Assembly (NCBI GenBank): GCA_017934595.1
Contig: JAGBJG010000008.1
Location: 723 to 64,722, forward strand
DNA: 64,000 nucleotides
Direction: 5' to 3'
From: Bacilli bacterium
GTDB taxonomy: Bacteria; Bacillota_I; Bacilli_A; RF39; UBA660
In this document: in pieces, positions 55,749-64,000 of the stretch
How the letters are laid out: each line of letters begins with the position of its first letter
How positions within the stretch are numbered: the stretch's first letter is position 1
Translations under genes and position numbers: made by a program
Notes under the pieces: model-generated
What the model was told of the DNA's origin: nothing
Databases searched by the model: none
Seen by the model: the letters and a program-made list of their open reading frames with translations, nothing else

Positions 55749-56408
55749 ATGAGTGATGAAATGAGAATTAACCTGCGTGGTATGGATGAATGGAATGCTA
55801 TTTGTTATTTCAGTGATGATGAACAAGAGGTTATTGATCAATATTTAGATGAGGTAAAGGAAGATACTGATTATTATAATGTTGTCTTAGATTTTAGTGA
55901 TTGTGATAAATTGCAAAATATAATTCACACTATTCCAGATAATAATATGAAGAAAGCTGTTTTATATAATGTTTATGAACAATATTTATATTACAAAATA
56001 ATAAAAGCAGCTAATTTGGAAAATGAAATTCCAATAGAAGAAACGGGTGAAGTTTTATTTTCAGATACAATTAGATCTTTATATGAAACTGGATTTTTGT
56101 ATTGGGAGGATATAGCAGATGCGCTTAAAAAGAAGGCTAAAGATAATTCAAATAGGGGTATCGCTAGAATCCACTTACCATTAGATAGTGTCGCAAATAT
56201 AGAATTTCAACAAGCTATTAATTTTTTATTTATATGGCGTGGTAAAATTTCTATGGTTGGTTATACAACAAAAAAACTATTAAATTATTATACAAATAAT
56301 GGTACATTGGTACAGTCTAATGGTGATTATATATCATTAAAATCTGATAAGAAACAAGAAGAAGATACCATTGAACTGGAAAATAAAAGAAAAAAATTTA
56401 TGATATAA
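55749..56408 (+). CDS. Hypothetical soluble acidic protein (219 aa) encoded between the Thr T-box and thrS
   Basis: ATG lies behind AGGAGGTTTTT immediately after the T-box terminator. The 219-codon ORF ends 13 nt before the thrS RBS/ATG. Confidence 0.6.
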   Translation: MSDEMRINLRGMDEWNAICYFSDDEQEVIDQYLDEVKEDTDYYNVVLDFSDCDKLQNIIHTIPDNNMKKAVLYNVYEQYLYYKIIKAANLENEIPIEETGEVLFSDTIRSLYETGFLYWEDIADALKKKAKDNSNRGIARIHLPLDSVANIEFQQAINFLFIWRGKISMVGYTTKKLLNYYTNNGTLVQSNGDYISLKSDKKQEEDTIELENKRKKFMI

Positions 56409-56421
56409 GGGAGGAAAATTT

Positions 56422-58188
56422 ATGATAAACATATTAGAGGATGAAAGATTAAAAAAATTAAATCATAGTTGTGCTCACTTAATGGCACAAGCAATTAGAC
56501 ATTTATATCCAGAAGTAAAATTTTGGGTAGGTCCAGCAATAGAAGAAGGATTTTACTATGATATGGATCTAGGTAATAATACTATTACAGAAGATGATTT
56601 TGAAAAAATCGAAAGAGAAATGAAAAAATGCTCTAAAGATAACAAAAGAATCGTTAGAAGAGAATTAACTAAAGAAGAAGCTTTAGAAATGTTTAAAGAT
56701 GATCCATATAAATTAGATTTACTTTCTAGAATGGATGAAAATGAACAAGTAATTTCATGCTATTCACAAGGTGATTTCACTGATTTATGTCGTGGTGGTC
56801 ATGTTGATACAACTAAAGAAGTAAAATATTTTAAATTATTAAAAGTATCAGGTGCGTATTGGAAGGGTGATGCGAAAAATAAAATGTTAACTCGTGTCTA
56901 CGGAATATGCTTTGATACAGAAGAAGATTTAAATAATCATTTACAAGAACTTGCTGAAGCAAAAGAAAGAGATCATAGAAAAATTGGTAAAGATTTAGGT
57001 ATTTATATGATGTCTGATTTAGTAGGTAGAGGTCTACCAATGTATTTACCAAATGGTTTCACATTATGGAATACATTAGAAAATTATATTAGAGATAAAG
57101 AAATCGCAAGAGGATATGTCCATGTTCAAACTCCACCTTTAGGTAATGTTGAATTATATAAAACATCTGGACACTTAGAACATTATAAAGATTCAATGTT
57201 CCCAATCATGGAAGTAGAAGATGAAGAATATGTACTTCGTCCAATGAATTGTCCACATCATATGGTTATGTATTCAAATGATCTACATTCATATAGAGAA
57301 CTTCCAATTAGAATAGCAGAAATCGCAAGAGACTGTAGATATGAAGCATCTGGTTCATTAAAGGGAATTGAAAGAGTTAGAACATTCTGTCAAAATGACT
57401 GTCATATTTTCTGTACACCAGAACAAATTGAATCTGAATTCAAAGGTGTAGTTGATTTAATTTTAGAAGTATATAAGGAATTAGGAATAAAAGAATATAA
57501 ATTTGAATTATCATTAAGAGATCCAGAAGATAAAGTTAAATATCATCATGATGATGAAATGTGGGATTTAGCTGAAAATAAACTAAGAGAAGTTTTAAAA
57601 GATTTAAAAGTTGACTACGTAGAAAAAATAGGTGAAGCTGCATTCTATGGACCTAAATTAGATGTTCAAATTAAACCAGCAGTAGGTAATGAAGTAACAT
57701 TATCAACTTGCCAATTAGATTTCTGCTTACCAGCAAAATTTGATTTAAAATATGTTGATAGTGATGGTTCTAAGAAAACTCCAGTAGTTATCCATAGAGC
57801 TATATTAGGTACATTAGATAGATTTATTGCATTATATCTAGAAATGACAAAAGGAGCATTACCAACTTGGTTAGCCCCTGTTCAAGTATCAGTTATACCA
57901 GTATCAAATGAATATCATTTAGAATACGCAAAAAAGGTAGTTGATAAATTAAAAGCTGCAGGTATCAGAGTTAACTTAAATGATAAAGAAGAAAAACTAG
58001 GTTATCGTATGAGAGAAGCTCAAACTAAAAAAATTCCTTATACTTTAGTATTAGGCGATAAAGAATTAGAAGCAAATACAGTTAACTATAGAGTATTTGG
58101 TTCACAAGAACAAACTTCAATCGATTTAGATGAATTTGTTTCTATGATTAAAAAAGTTATAGATGATAAAGAATTACTTAAAAAGTAA
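56422..58188 (+). CDS. thrS: Threonyl-tRNA synthetase (lacks the N-terminal TGS domain)
   Basis: It begins at the editing domain (HSCAHLMAQA). Class II core includes RPMNCPHH, RVRTFCQNDCHIF and the anticodon-binding domain; 588 aa. Confidence 0.95.
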   Translation: MINILEDERLKKLNHSCAHLMAQAIRHLYPEVKFWVGPAIEEGFYYDMDLGNNTITEDDFEKIEREMKKCSKDNKRIVRRELTKEEALEMFKDDPYKLDLLSRMDENEQVISCYSQGDFTDLCRGGHVDTTKEVKYFKLLKVSGAYWKGDAKNKMLTRVYGICFDTEEDLNNHLQELAEAKERDHRKIGKDLGIYMMSDLVGRGLPMYLPNGFTLWNTLENYIRDKEIARGYVHVQTPPLGNVELYKTSGHLEHYKDSMFPIMEVEDEEYVLRPMNCPHHMVMYSNDLHSYRELPIRIAEIARDCRYEASGSLKGIERVRTFCQNDCHIFCTPEQIESEFKGVVDLILEVYKELGIKEYKFELSLRDPEDKVKYHHDDEMWDLAENKLREVLKDLKVDYVEKIGEAAFYGPKLDVQIKPAVGNEVTLSTCQLDFCLPAKFDLKYVDSDGSKKTPVVIHRAILGTLDRFIALYLEMTKGALPTWLAPVQVSVIPVSNEYHLEYAKKVVDKLKAAGIRVNLNDKEEKLGYRMREAQTKKIPYTLVLGDKELEANTVNYRVFGSQEQTSIDLDEFVSMIKKVIDDKELLKK

Positions 58189-58219
58189 TTCTTTTTAATT
58201 TTTTTAAAAAAATTTTAAA

Positions 58220-58254
58220 ATTGTAACTTTATTGTAACTTTCAATTGTTATACT
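58220..58254 (+). promoter_or_regulatory. Tandem 11-bp direct repeats (ATTGTAACTTT x2) abutting a TATACT -10 box: probable OmpR-family regulator site for the ABC operon
   Basis: Repeat 1 is 58220..58230 and repeat 2 is 58231..58241. A partial third copy (caATTGTta) follows, then TATACT at 58249..58254. The repeats occupy the -35 region. Confidence 0.5.
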
Positions 58255-58275
58255 GAATATGAAAGAGGTGAAAAT

Positions 58276-58947
58276 ATGGAAATTTTAAAAGTTGAAAATT
58301 TATCCAAAGTATATGGTAAAGGAGACAATAAAGTCATTGCTTTGGATAATGTAAGTTTTAGTGTAGAGAAAGGGGAATTCGTTGCCATAGTAGGTGCATC
58401 AGGATCAGGTAAATCTACGTTACTACATTTATTAGGTGGAGTAGATAGACCAACATCAGGTAAAGTATTTGTAGATGGAATTGATATCTATAAAATGAGC
58501 GATGATAAACTTGCTATCTTTAGAAGAAGACAAGTAGGTTTAATATATCAATTCTATAATTTAATACCTATATTAAATGTAGAAGAAAATATATGCCTAC
58601 CAATGTCTTTAGATGGTAGAGAAGTAGATCCTGAAAAATTAAAAGAATTATTAAATTTATTAGGATTAAGTAATAGAAAAAAACATTTGCCTAATCAATT
58701 ATCAGGTGGTCAACAACAAAGAACAAGTATTGGTAGGGCATTAATAACTAATCCAACTATCATTTTAGCAGATGAACCAACAGGTAACTTAGATTCTAAA
58801 TCAAGTGATGAAATAGTCGCATTACTAAAAAAATCTAATAAAGAATATAAACAAACAATTATTATGATCACACATAATATGGAAATAGCTAAAGAAGCAG
58901 ATAGAATTATTAAAATTGAAGATGGACACATAGTTAGTGAGGTATAA
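58276..58947 (+). CDS. ABC transporter ATP-binding protein (MacB/BceA-type)
   Basis: GASGSGKST (Walker A), LSGGQQQR (signature), ILADEPTGNLD (Walker B). Confidence 0.92.
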   Translation: MEILKVENLSKVYGKGDNKVIALDNVSFSVEKGEFVAIVGASGSGKSTLLHLLGGVDRPTSGKVFVDGIDIYKMSDDKLAIFRRRQVGLIYQFYNLIPILNVEENICLPMSLDGREVDPEKLKELLNLLGLSNRKKHLPNQLSGGQQQRTSIGRALITNPTIILADEPTGNLDSKSSDEIVALLKKSNKEYKQTIIMITHNMEIAKEADRIIKIEDGHIVSEV

Positions 58948-58949
58948 TT

Positions 58950-61538
58950 ATGGATTTACTAAATAAGTTAACAATAAAGAATTTAAAATTAAATAAGAAA
59001 AGAACTATTGTTACTATTATTGGTATTATGTTATCAGTTGCTTTGATAACTGCAGTCGCATCAGTGTATACAAGTGGTACTAAATCACTTATTAAATATG
59101 AAGCAGATATGATAGGAGATTTTCATGTTGCATACTTTGATGTAGATAAAAAAGATTTATCAGTAATAAGTAATAATAAGGCAATTAAAGATTTTTACTT
59201 AGTTAAAAATGTAGGATACTCTAAGATAGATTCTAAAAATGATTATAAACCTTATGCTTATATAAAATCATTTAATAAAAAAGCATTAGAAAGTTTATCT
59301 GTCAATTTAGTGGAAGGTAGAATGCCTGAAAATAGTAATGAAATATTAGTTCCATTACATTTAAAGACTAATGGTAGATTAGAAATTAAAGTAGGTGAAG
59401 AATTAACTTTAGAAGTTGGTAATCGTGAATTAGATGGTACTACATTAAATCAATTTAATCCTTATCAAGATGGTGAGCAATTAGTTGATACAACATCACA
59501 TAAATATAAAGTAGTAGGTATTACTGAAAGACCTGCAAATAATATTGAAGGTTATGAAGCACCTGGATATACATTTATAACTTATGGTGAAGATATAGAC
59601 GATGGATTATATGATGTTTATACAAAATATAATAAACAAGGTTTAAAAAAATTATATGAAGTAACAGGTAATATTTTGGGTGTAGATGGTATAAAATTTG
59701 ATAAATGTATGAATGAATTTGAAAACATGTCAAAAGAAGAATTAGATGCATGTGATGAATTAACATCAAATATTAAATATAATACTACTGCAAATGAATA
59801 TTTAATTGCTTTAGAAACAAATCCATTAAAAAGTGATATGGTAACTGGATTAGAAACATTTGTAATAATAATAGTTATTATTATAATAGTTACATCAGTT
59901 TTCTGTATTAAAAATAGTTTTGATATATCTATAACAGAAAAAATAAAACAATATGGTATGTTAAAAAGTATTGGTTCAACTCAAAAACAAATTAAGAAGA
60001 ATGTTTATTATGAAGCTACAATATTAGGATTATTTGGTATTCCATTAGGTGTATTATTAGGTTTTCTTGCTTCATTTATATTAATGATTATAAGTAACTT
60101 ATTTGTTAAAGATTTAATACAAGTAGATTTATCATTCTCATTCTCGTGGTTAGCTACATTAGCTGCTATAGTATTAGGTGTAGTAACAGTATATTTATCT
60201 GCATTATCATCAGCTAGAAAAGCATCAAAAGTTTCTCCTATAGAATCAATAAGAAACTCTGGTAGTATTAAAATTAATCCAAAAAAAATAAAATCTCCAA
60301 AATTTATTAATAAGATATTTGGAGTGGGCGGGGTAATTTCTTATAAGAATTTAAAGAGAAATAAAAAGAAATATAGAACTACAGTTATATCTATAATTGT
60401 ATCAGTGTTTACATTTGTTGCATTATCATCATTCATGGATATTATCTTTAGAAGTATTAAAGAAGATTTCCAAACAACTGAATTTAATTTATCTGTATTT
60501 ATACAAGATCCTGACAGTAAAACTAAAAATATAGTTAATAATCTATTAGATGATACAGTTATTGAATCGTCTTATACAATGAATGATGCATTATTTATGA
60601 GCAACATTAAAACTTCAAGAGAATATAAGGAACTTGATCCAAATGATACTGCTACAGAATATTATACTAATATCATTGGTCTAGGAGATAAAGAATATAG
60701 GGAATATTTAAAAAAGATTAACGTCAAATATGATGATGTTAAAGATAAAGTTATTTTAGTAGATAGTATTAAAATAATTAAATATGATGATTCAAATAAA
60801 AGACATGATTATTCAGTTCGTAGATTTGATTACAAAAAAGGCGATATTATAGATGGTGTAGTTAATAAAAACATTAATGATAAAAATATCAGTGTTACAA
60901 TTGGATATGTAACTAGTGAAAGACCATTTGGATATGAACTAAATAATAGACAACCTCATATTGTTATGCATGAAGAATTATTTAATAAATATATTGAGTC
61001 ATATACATCTGATACATATATTAAATGTACTGATCCTAATAAGTTACAAGATAGTTTTGATAATGCATTAAAGGATTATACATATGAAATATATAATGTT
61101 AACCAAAACTACAAGATGATGAATAATTTATATACGTTAGTTTCAATATTTATGTATGGATTTATTATTGTTATTTCATTAATTGGAATTACTAATATTT
61201 TTAATACAATAACTACTAACATGGAATTAAGAAAAAGAGAATTCGCAATGTTAAAATCAGTAGGTATGACTAAGAAAGAATTTAATCGTATGATTAGATT
61301 AGAAAGTATGTTTATGGGATTTAAGTCATTATCATTTGGTATTGTATTTGGTGTTGCTATATCATATGCAGCATTTAAAGCTATTGATCAAGATATATTA
61401 ACATATCAATTCCCGATAAAAGGAATAATTATTTCTATAGTTGTTGTATTACTATTAATATCATTAATAATGAAATATTCAATCAGTAAAATAAATAAAC
61501 AAAATACAATTGAAACTATTAGAAATGAAAACATTTAA
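58950..61538 (+). CDS. ABC transporter permease with two FtsX-type modules and large extracytoplasmic domains
   Basis: 862 aa with TM clusters near residues 20, 300-420, 480 and 740-850; KSIGSTQKQI and LKSVGMTKKEF are FtsX-type cytoplasmic loops. Confidence 0.85.
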   Translation: MDLLNKLTIKNLKLNKKRTIVTIIGIMLSVALITAVASVYTSGTKSLIKYEADMIGDFHVAYFDVDKKDLSVISNNKAIKDFYLVKNVGYSKIDSKNDYKPYAYIKSFNKKALESLSVNLVEGRMPENSNEILVPLHLKTNGRLEIKVGEELTLEVGNRELDGTTLNQFNPYQDGEQLVDTTSHKYKVVGITERPANNIEGYEAPGYTFITYGEDIDDGLYDVYTKYNKQGLKKLYEVTGNILGVDGIKFDKCMNEFENMSKEELDACDELTSNIKYNTTANEYLIALETNPLKSDMVTGLETFVIIIVIIIIVTSVFCIKNSFDISITEKIKQYGMLKSIGSTQKQIKKNVYYEATILGLFGIPLGVLLGFLASFILMIISNLFVKDLIQVDLSFSFSWLATLAAIVLGVVTVYLSALSSARKASKVSPIESIRNSGSIKINPKKIKSPKFINKIFGVGGVISYKNLKRNKKKYRTTVISIIVSVFTFVALSSFMDIIFRSIKEDFQTTEFNLSVFIQDPDSKTKNIVNNLLDDTVIESSYTMNDALFMSNIKTSREYKELDPNDTATEYYTNIIGLGDKEYREYLKKINVKYDDVKDKVILVDSIKIIKYDDSNKRHDYSVRRFDYKKGDIIDGVVNKNINDKNISVTIGYVTSERPFGYELNNRQPHIVMHEELFNKYIESYTSDTYIKCTDPNKLQDSFDNALKDYTYEIYNVNQNYKMMNNLYTLVSIFMYGFIIVISLIGITNIFNTITTNMELRKREFAMLKSVGMTKKEFNRMIRLESMFMGFKSLSFGIVFGVAISYAAFKAIDQDILTYQFPIKGIIISIVVVLLLISLIMKYSISKINKQNTIETIRNENI

Positions 61539-61560
61539 GAGAGTATTAACTCTCTTTTAT
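61537..61560 (+). terminator. Hairpin after the permease gene
   Basis: aagagagt-atta-actctctt followed by ttat. Confidence 0.55.
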
Positions 61561-61583
61561 GTTATAATTATATTGGTGATATT

Positions 61584-62234
61584 ATGATTTTACTTGTAGA
61601 TGACAATAAAGAAATATTAGATGGTTTATCATTTTCATTAAAAGAAGCTGGATATAGCGTAGAAGAAGCATTTAATATTAATGAAGCTAAAGAAAAATAT
61701 ATGGATGCATCTATTGTTATACTTGATATAACACTTCCTGATGGAAATGGTTTTGATTTCTATAAAAATTATTTATGTGATAGAAATATACCAACTATAT
61801 TTTTAACCGCGAATGATAGTGAAGTCGATATAGTAAAAGGTCTAGAATTAGGTGCGGATGATTATATGACTAAACCATTTTCTACTAAAGAATTATTGGT
61901 TAGAATTAAAAAAATATTAATGCGTAAAGAAAATAATACAGTAATTAAGATTAAAGATATAGAATATGATATTGATAAAATGAAATTAACTAAAAATGGT
62001 GAAGATATTAAACTTACATCTATAGAACTTAATATATTAAATTTACTTTTTGTATCTAAAGGTGGCATTGTAAGACGTGATGCAATATTAGATAAGATAT
62101 GGGAACTTACAGGTAATGATGTCGATGATCATACATTAACTGTATATATTAAAAGATTAAAAGATAAAATAGGTTCTGATATTATTATTAATGTTAAAGG
62201 ATTGGGTTATAAGTTATATGAAGAAAATAAATAG
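61584..62234 (+). CDS. OmpR/PhoB-family response regulator
   Basis: Receiver domain (LLVDDN...ILDITLPDGNG...MTKPF) plus a winged-helix C-terminus (VYIKRLKDKI...GLGYKL). Confidence 0.92.
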   Translation: MILLVDDNKEILDGLSFSLKEAGYSVEEAFNINEAKEKYMDASIVILDITLPDGNGFDFYKNYLCDRNIPTIFLTANDSEVDIVKGLELGADDYMTKPFSTKELLVRIKKILMRKENNTVIKIKDIEYDIDKMKLTKNGEDIKLTSIELNILNLLFVSKGGIVRRDAILDKIWELTGNDVDDHTLTVYIKRLKDKIGSDIIINVKGLGYKLYEENK

Positions 62235-63414
62235 AATTATTATTATACTTATTATATTATTGATACCTATAGTATTATATAGTGTATATAAAATATCTGA
62301 ATATAAAGAATATAATAAAAATTATAACAATAAAATAAATTATATTATTGACTATGTTAAGACAAATACATCATTAAGTGATGATGATATTTTAAAAATG
62401 ATTAATAATAATGAACTCAATCATAATCTAATAGATAAATATGGATATAATATATCAAATATAGGTATTATAAATAATAATGTATCTTATACAAAATATT
62501 TTATAATTGAAATATCAATATTGTTGGGTACAATTATATTATTTATGGCTTTCTATTTATATGATAATTATAAGAAAAAGAAAGAACTAGATGATATTAT
62601 TAAACTAATTGATAATATAAATCATCATAATTATGACACTCAAATAGATTCAATGAGTGAAGATGAATTATCGATATTAAAAAGTGAAATATATAAAACA
62701 ACTATAATGTTAAGAAGTATCGCGGATAATTCAATTAAAGATAAAGAAAATTTAAAAAAGGGTTTAGAAGATATATCACATCAATTAAAGACACCTTTAA
62801 CTTCAATTATGATTAATTTAGATAATATCTTAGATAATCCAAATATGGATGATACAACTAGAAATAGCTTTGTTAAAAAAATAAAAAAAGAAACTTATAA
62901 TATTAAAAACTTAGTAACATCATTATTAAAATTATCGGAGTTTGATGTTAATACCATTGAATTTATAAGAAAAGATATTAAAGTAAAAGAATTAATTGAT
63001 GAGAGTATAGAAAAAGTATCTTCTTTAGCGGATTTAAAAAATATCAAAATTAATATAGACTGTAATAAAACTGATACTTTATATTGTGATAAGATGTGGG
63101 AAGTAGAAGCTATATCAAATATCATTAAAAATGCATTAGAACATTCTAATATAGATAGCGTAATAGATATAGAATATAGTGATAATAAAGTGTATAAAAA
63201 GATACTTATTAGAAACTATGGTTCAACCATTAGTGAAGAAGATCAAAAGCATCTATTTGAAAGATTTTATAAAGGAAGTAATTCAAATAGTGATAGTGTA
63301 GGTATAGGTCTATCATTATCTAGAAATATCATTAATATGGATAATGGTAATATTTATGTTGAATCAGGTAATAATAAAACAGAATTTATAATTAAGTATT
63401 TTAAAAAAATCTAG
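62218..63414 (+). CDS. Sensor histidine kinase (two N-terminal TMs, short loop; Bce/intramembrane-sensing-like)
   Basis: ATG 62218 overlaps the regulator gene end. H-box EDISHQLKTPLT, N-box NIIKNALEHS, G-boxes RFYKGS and VGIGLSLS. Confidence 0.9.
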   Translation: MKKINRIIIILIILLIPIVLYSVYKISEYKEYNKNYNNKINYIIDYVKTNTSLSDDDILKMINNNELNHNLIDKYGYNISNIGIINNNVSYTKYFIIEISILLGTIILFMAFYLYDNYKKKKELDDIIKLIDNINHHNYDTQIDSMSEDELSILKSEIYKTTIMLRSIADNSIKDKENLKKGLEDISHQLKTPLTSIMINLDNILDNPNMDDTTRNSFVKKIKKETYNIKNLVTSLLKLSEFDVNTIEFIRKDIKVKELIDESIEKVSSLADLKNIKINIDCNKTDTLYCDKMWEVEAISNIIKNALEHSNIDSVIDIEYSDNKVYKKILIRNYGSTISEEDQKHLFERFYKGSNSNSDSVGIGLSLSRNIINMDNGNIYVESGNNKTEFIIKYFKKI

Positions 63415-63456
63415 AATAAAATTTAATTTTACCTATATACTTTAATAGGTGAGATT

Positions 63457-63948
63457 ATGATTAATAAAAAGAATATATGGTTTTTAACTTTATTTAGTTT
63501 AGTTTTAGTATTAAGTGTATATTATATAACTATGCCTAATGATGTTTTATTAGAAACTAGTAAGTCCATTGATAGTATAGAAACATCTGTGGTAGAAGAA
63601 AGTGAAGCTGCATCTTTAGTTGCTTTAAGAGTAGAAAAAGAAGAAAAAGTATTAAATGAAATGGAAAACTTAAATAATATTTTAACTGATGTGGCTAAGA
63701 CAACTGAAGAAAAGAATAATGCATATGAGAAGATGAAAAGTTTAAATGATGTTAAAAGTGAAGAATCTAGTTTAGAGAAAAAAATAAAAGATGCATTTAA
63801 TATATCATCTGTTGTTACTTTAGATGGCGATAAGATAAATGTAGTAGCATCTAAAACTGATCATACGAAAGAGTTGGCTAACAATATTATGCGAACTGTT
63901 CAAGATAACTATGAAAATAAGATGTATGTAAGTGTTAAATTTGAATAA
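63457..63948 (+). CDS. spoIIIAH: Stage III sporulation protein AH (SpoIIIAH)-like
   Basis: The N-terminus KKNIWFLTLFSLVLVLSVYYI and C-terminus LDGDKINVVASKTDHTKELANNIMRTVQDNYENKMYVSVKFE parallel the B. subtilis SpoIIIAH termini as I recall them. Confidence 0.7.
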   Translation: MINKKNIWFLTLFSLVLVLSVYYITMPNDVLLETSKSIDSIETSVVEESEAASLVALRVEKEEKVLNEMENLNNILTDVAKTTEEKNNAYEKMKSLNDVKSEESSLEKKIKDAFNISSVVTLDGDKINVVASKTDHTKELANNIMRTVQDNYENKMYVSVKFE

Positions 63949-64000
63949 AATAGGTACTCATCTTCACAAAATAGATAATCCTTCATAAAATAATATGGAA

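Noticed and set aside
3584-63125. Short minus-strand (and a few plus-strand) track ORFs nested in longer genes: 3584..3925, 3983..4183, 5304..5498, 13358..13684, 14390..14671, 19812..20171, 22545..22808, 23213..23437, 26341..26544, 31533..31805, 31827..32177, 32398..32604, 36464..36658, 37583..37801, 41523..41705, 45453..45827, 46574..46918, 47081..47311, 47559..47780, 48256..48516, 49778..49990, 50524..50775, 50851..51201, 53440..53646, 54236..54460, 54532..54717, 56831..57052, 58710..58931, 59575..59769, 61862..62068, 62895..63125
   Set aside because: Each one is antisense to, or out of frame within, a gene with clear family motifs. Their translations are Ser/Leu/Ile/Phe-rich shadows without an RBS or motifs.
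1-64000. CRISPR arrays, tRNA/rRNA genes, transposases, integrases, prophage blocks
   Set aside because: No regularly spaced direct repeats, no cloverleaf-capable GC-rich ~75-nt segments, and no recombinase or transposase-like ORFs were seen anywhere in the window.

Overview
This is an AT-rich chromosomal segment (by eye well under 30% GC) from an endospore-forming, low-GC Firmicute that uses the standard genetic code. Sporulation genes present are spo0A, spoIIIAH, yqfC/yqfD and spoVID/ysxE-like genes. The gene orders yqfC-yqfD-ybeY-era-yqzL-recO and dnaB-dnaI...thrS match Bacilli/Erysipelotrichia-type synteny. About 55 real genes are supported. Housekeeping genes include rnj, ftsY, ylxM, clpC-like, valS, lepA, ybeY, era, recO, glyQS, clpP, gap, rnr, trmB, pgk, dnaI and thrS. 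An eight-gene Wzx/Wzy-type glycan cluster (13986-22941) ends in a type IV pilin gene followed by a second O-antigen-ligase-family gene. There is also a Bce-like ABC transporter with a two-component module (58276-63414). Two T-box leaders are clear (valS, thrS). Almost all minus-strand ORFs in the supplied track that lie inside plus-strand genes are antisense shadows. The most unusual region is 39.4-44.9 kb. It holds three DUF1016/YhcG PD-(D/E)xK nuclease paralogs and one gene fragment around an 850-aa protein that combines a prepilin leader, an FGE-sulfatase-like domain and a polyglycine-rich domain. A perfect 39-bp inverted repeat flanks that gene. Every DUF1016 copy carries a GC-rich 7-bp hairpin at the same codon position with a different stem sequence. 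Other candidates not in the ORF track are: a type I toxin-antitoxin-like locus (35-aa hydrophobic peptide plus convergent sRNA, 33540-33920) with a paralogous sRNA-like module upstream of clpC; a G9 tract inside a promoter spacer (1413-1421) driving a surface-protein gene that also carries an in-frame TGA; a small yqzL-like ORF; an atypical structured leader ahead of glyQS; and unknown ORFs lying between the leaders and both glyQS and thrS. All calls rest on reading the sequence and recalled family motifs. No database search or folding program was run.
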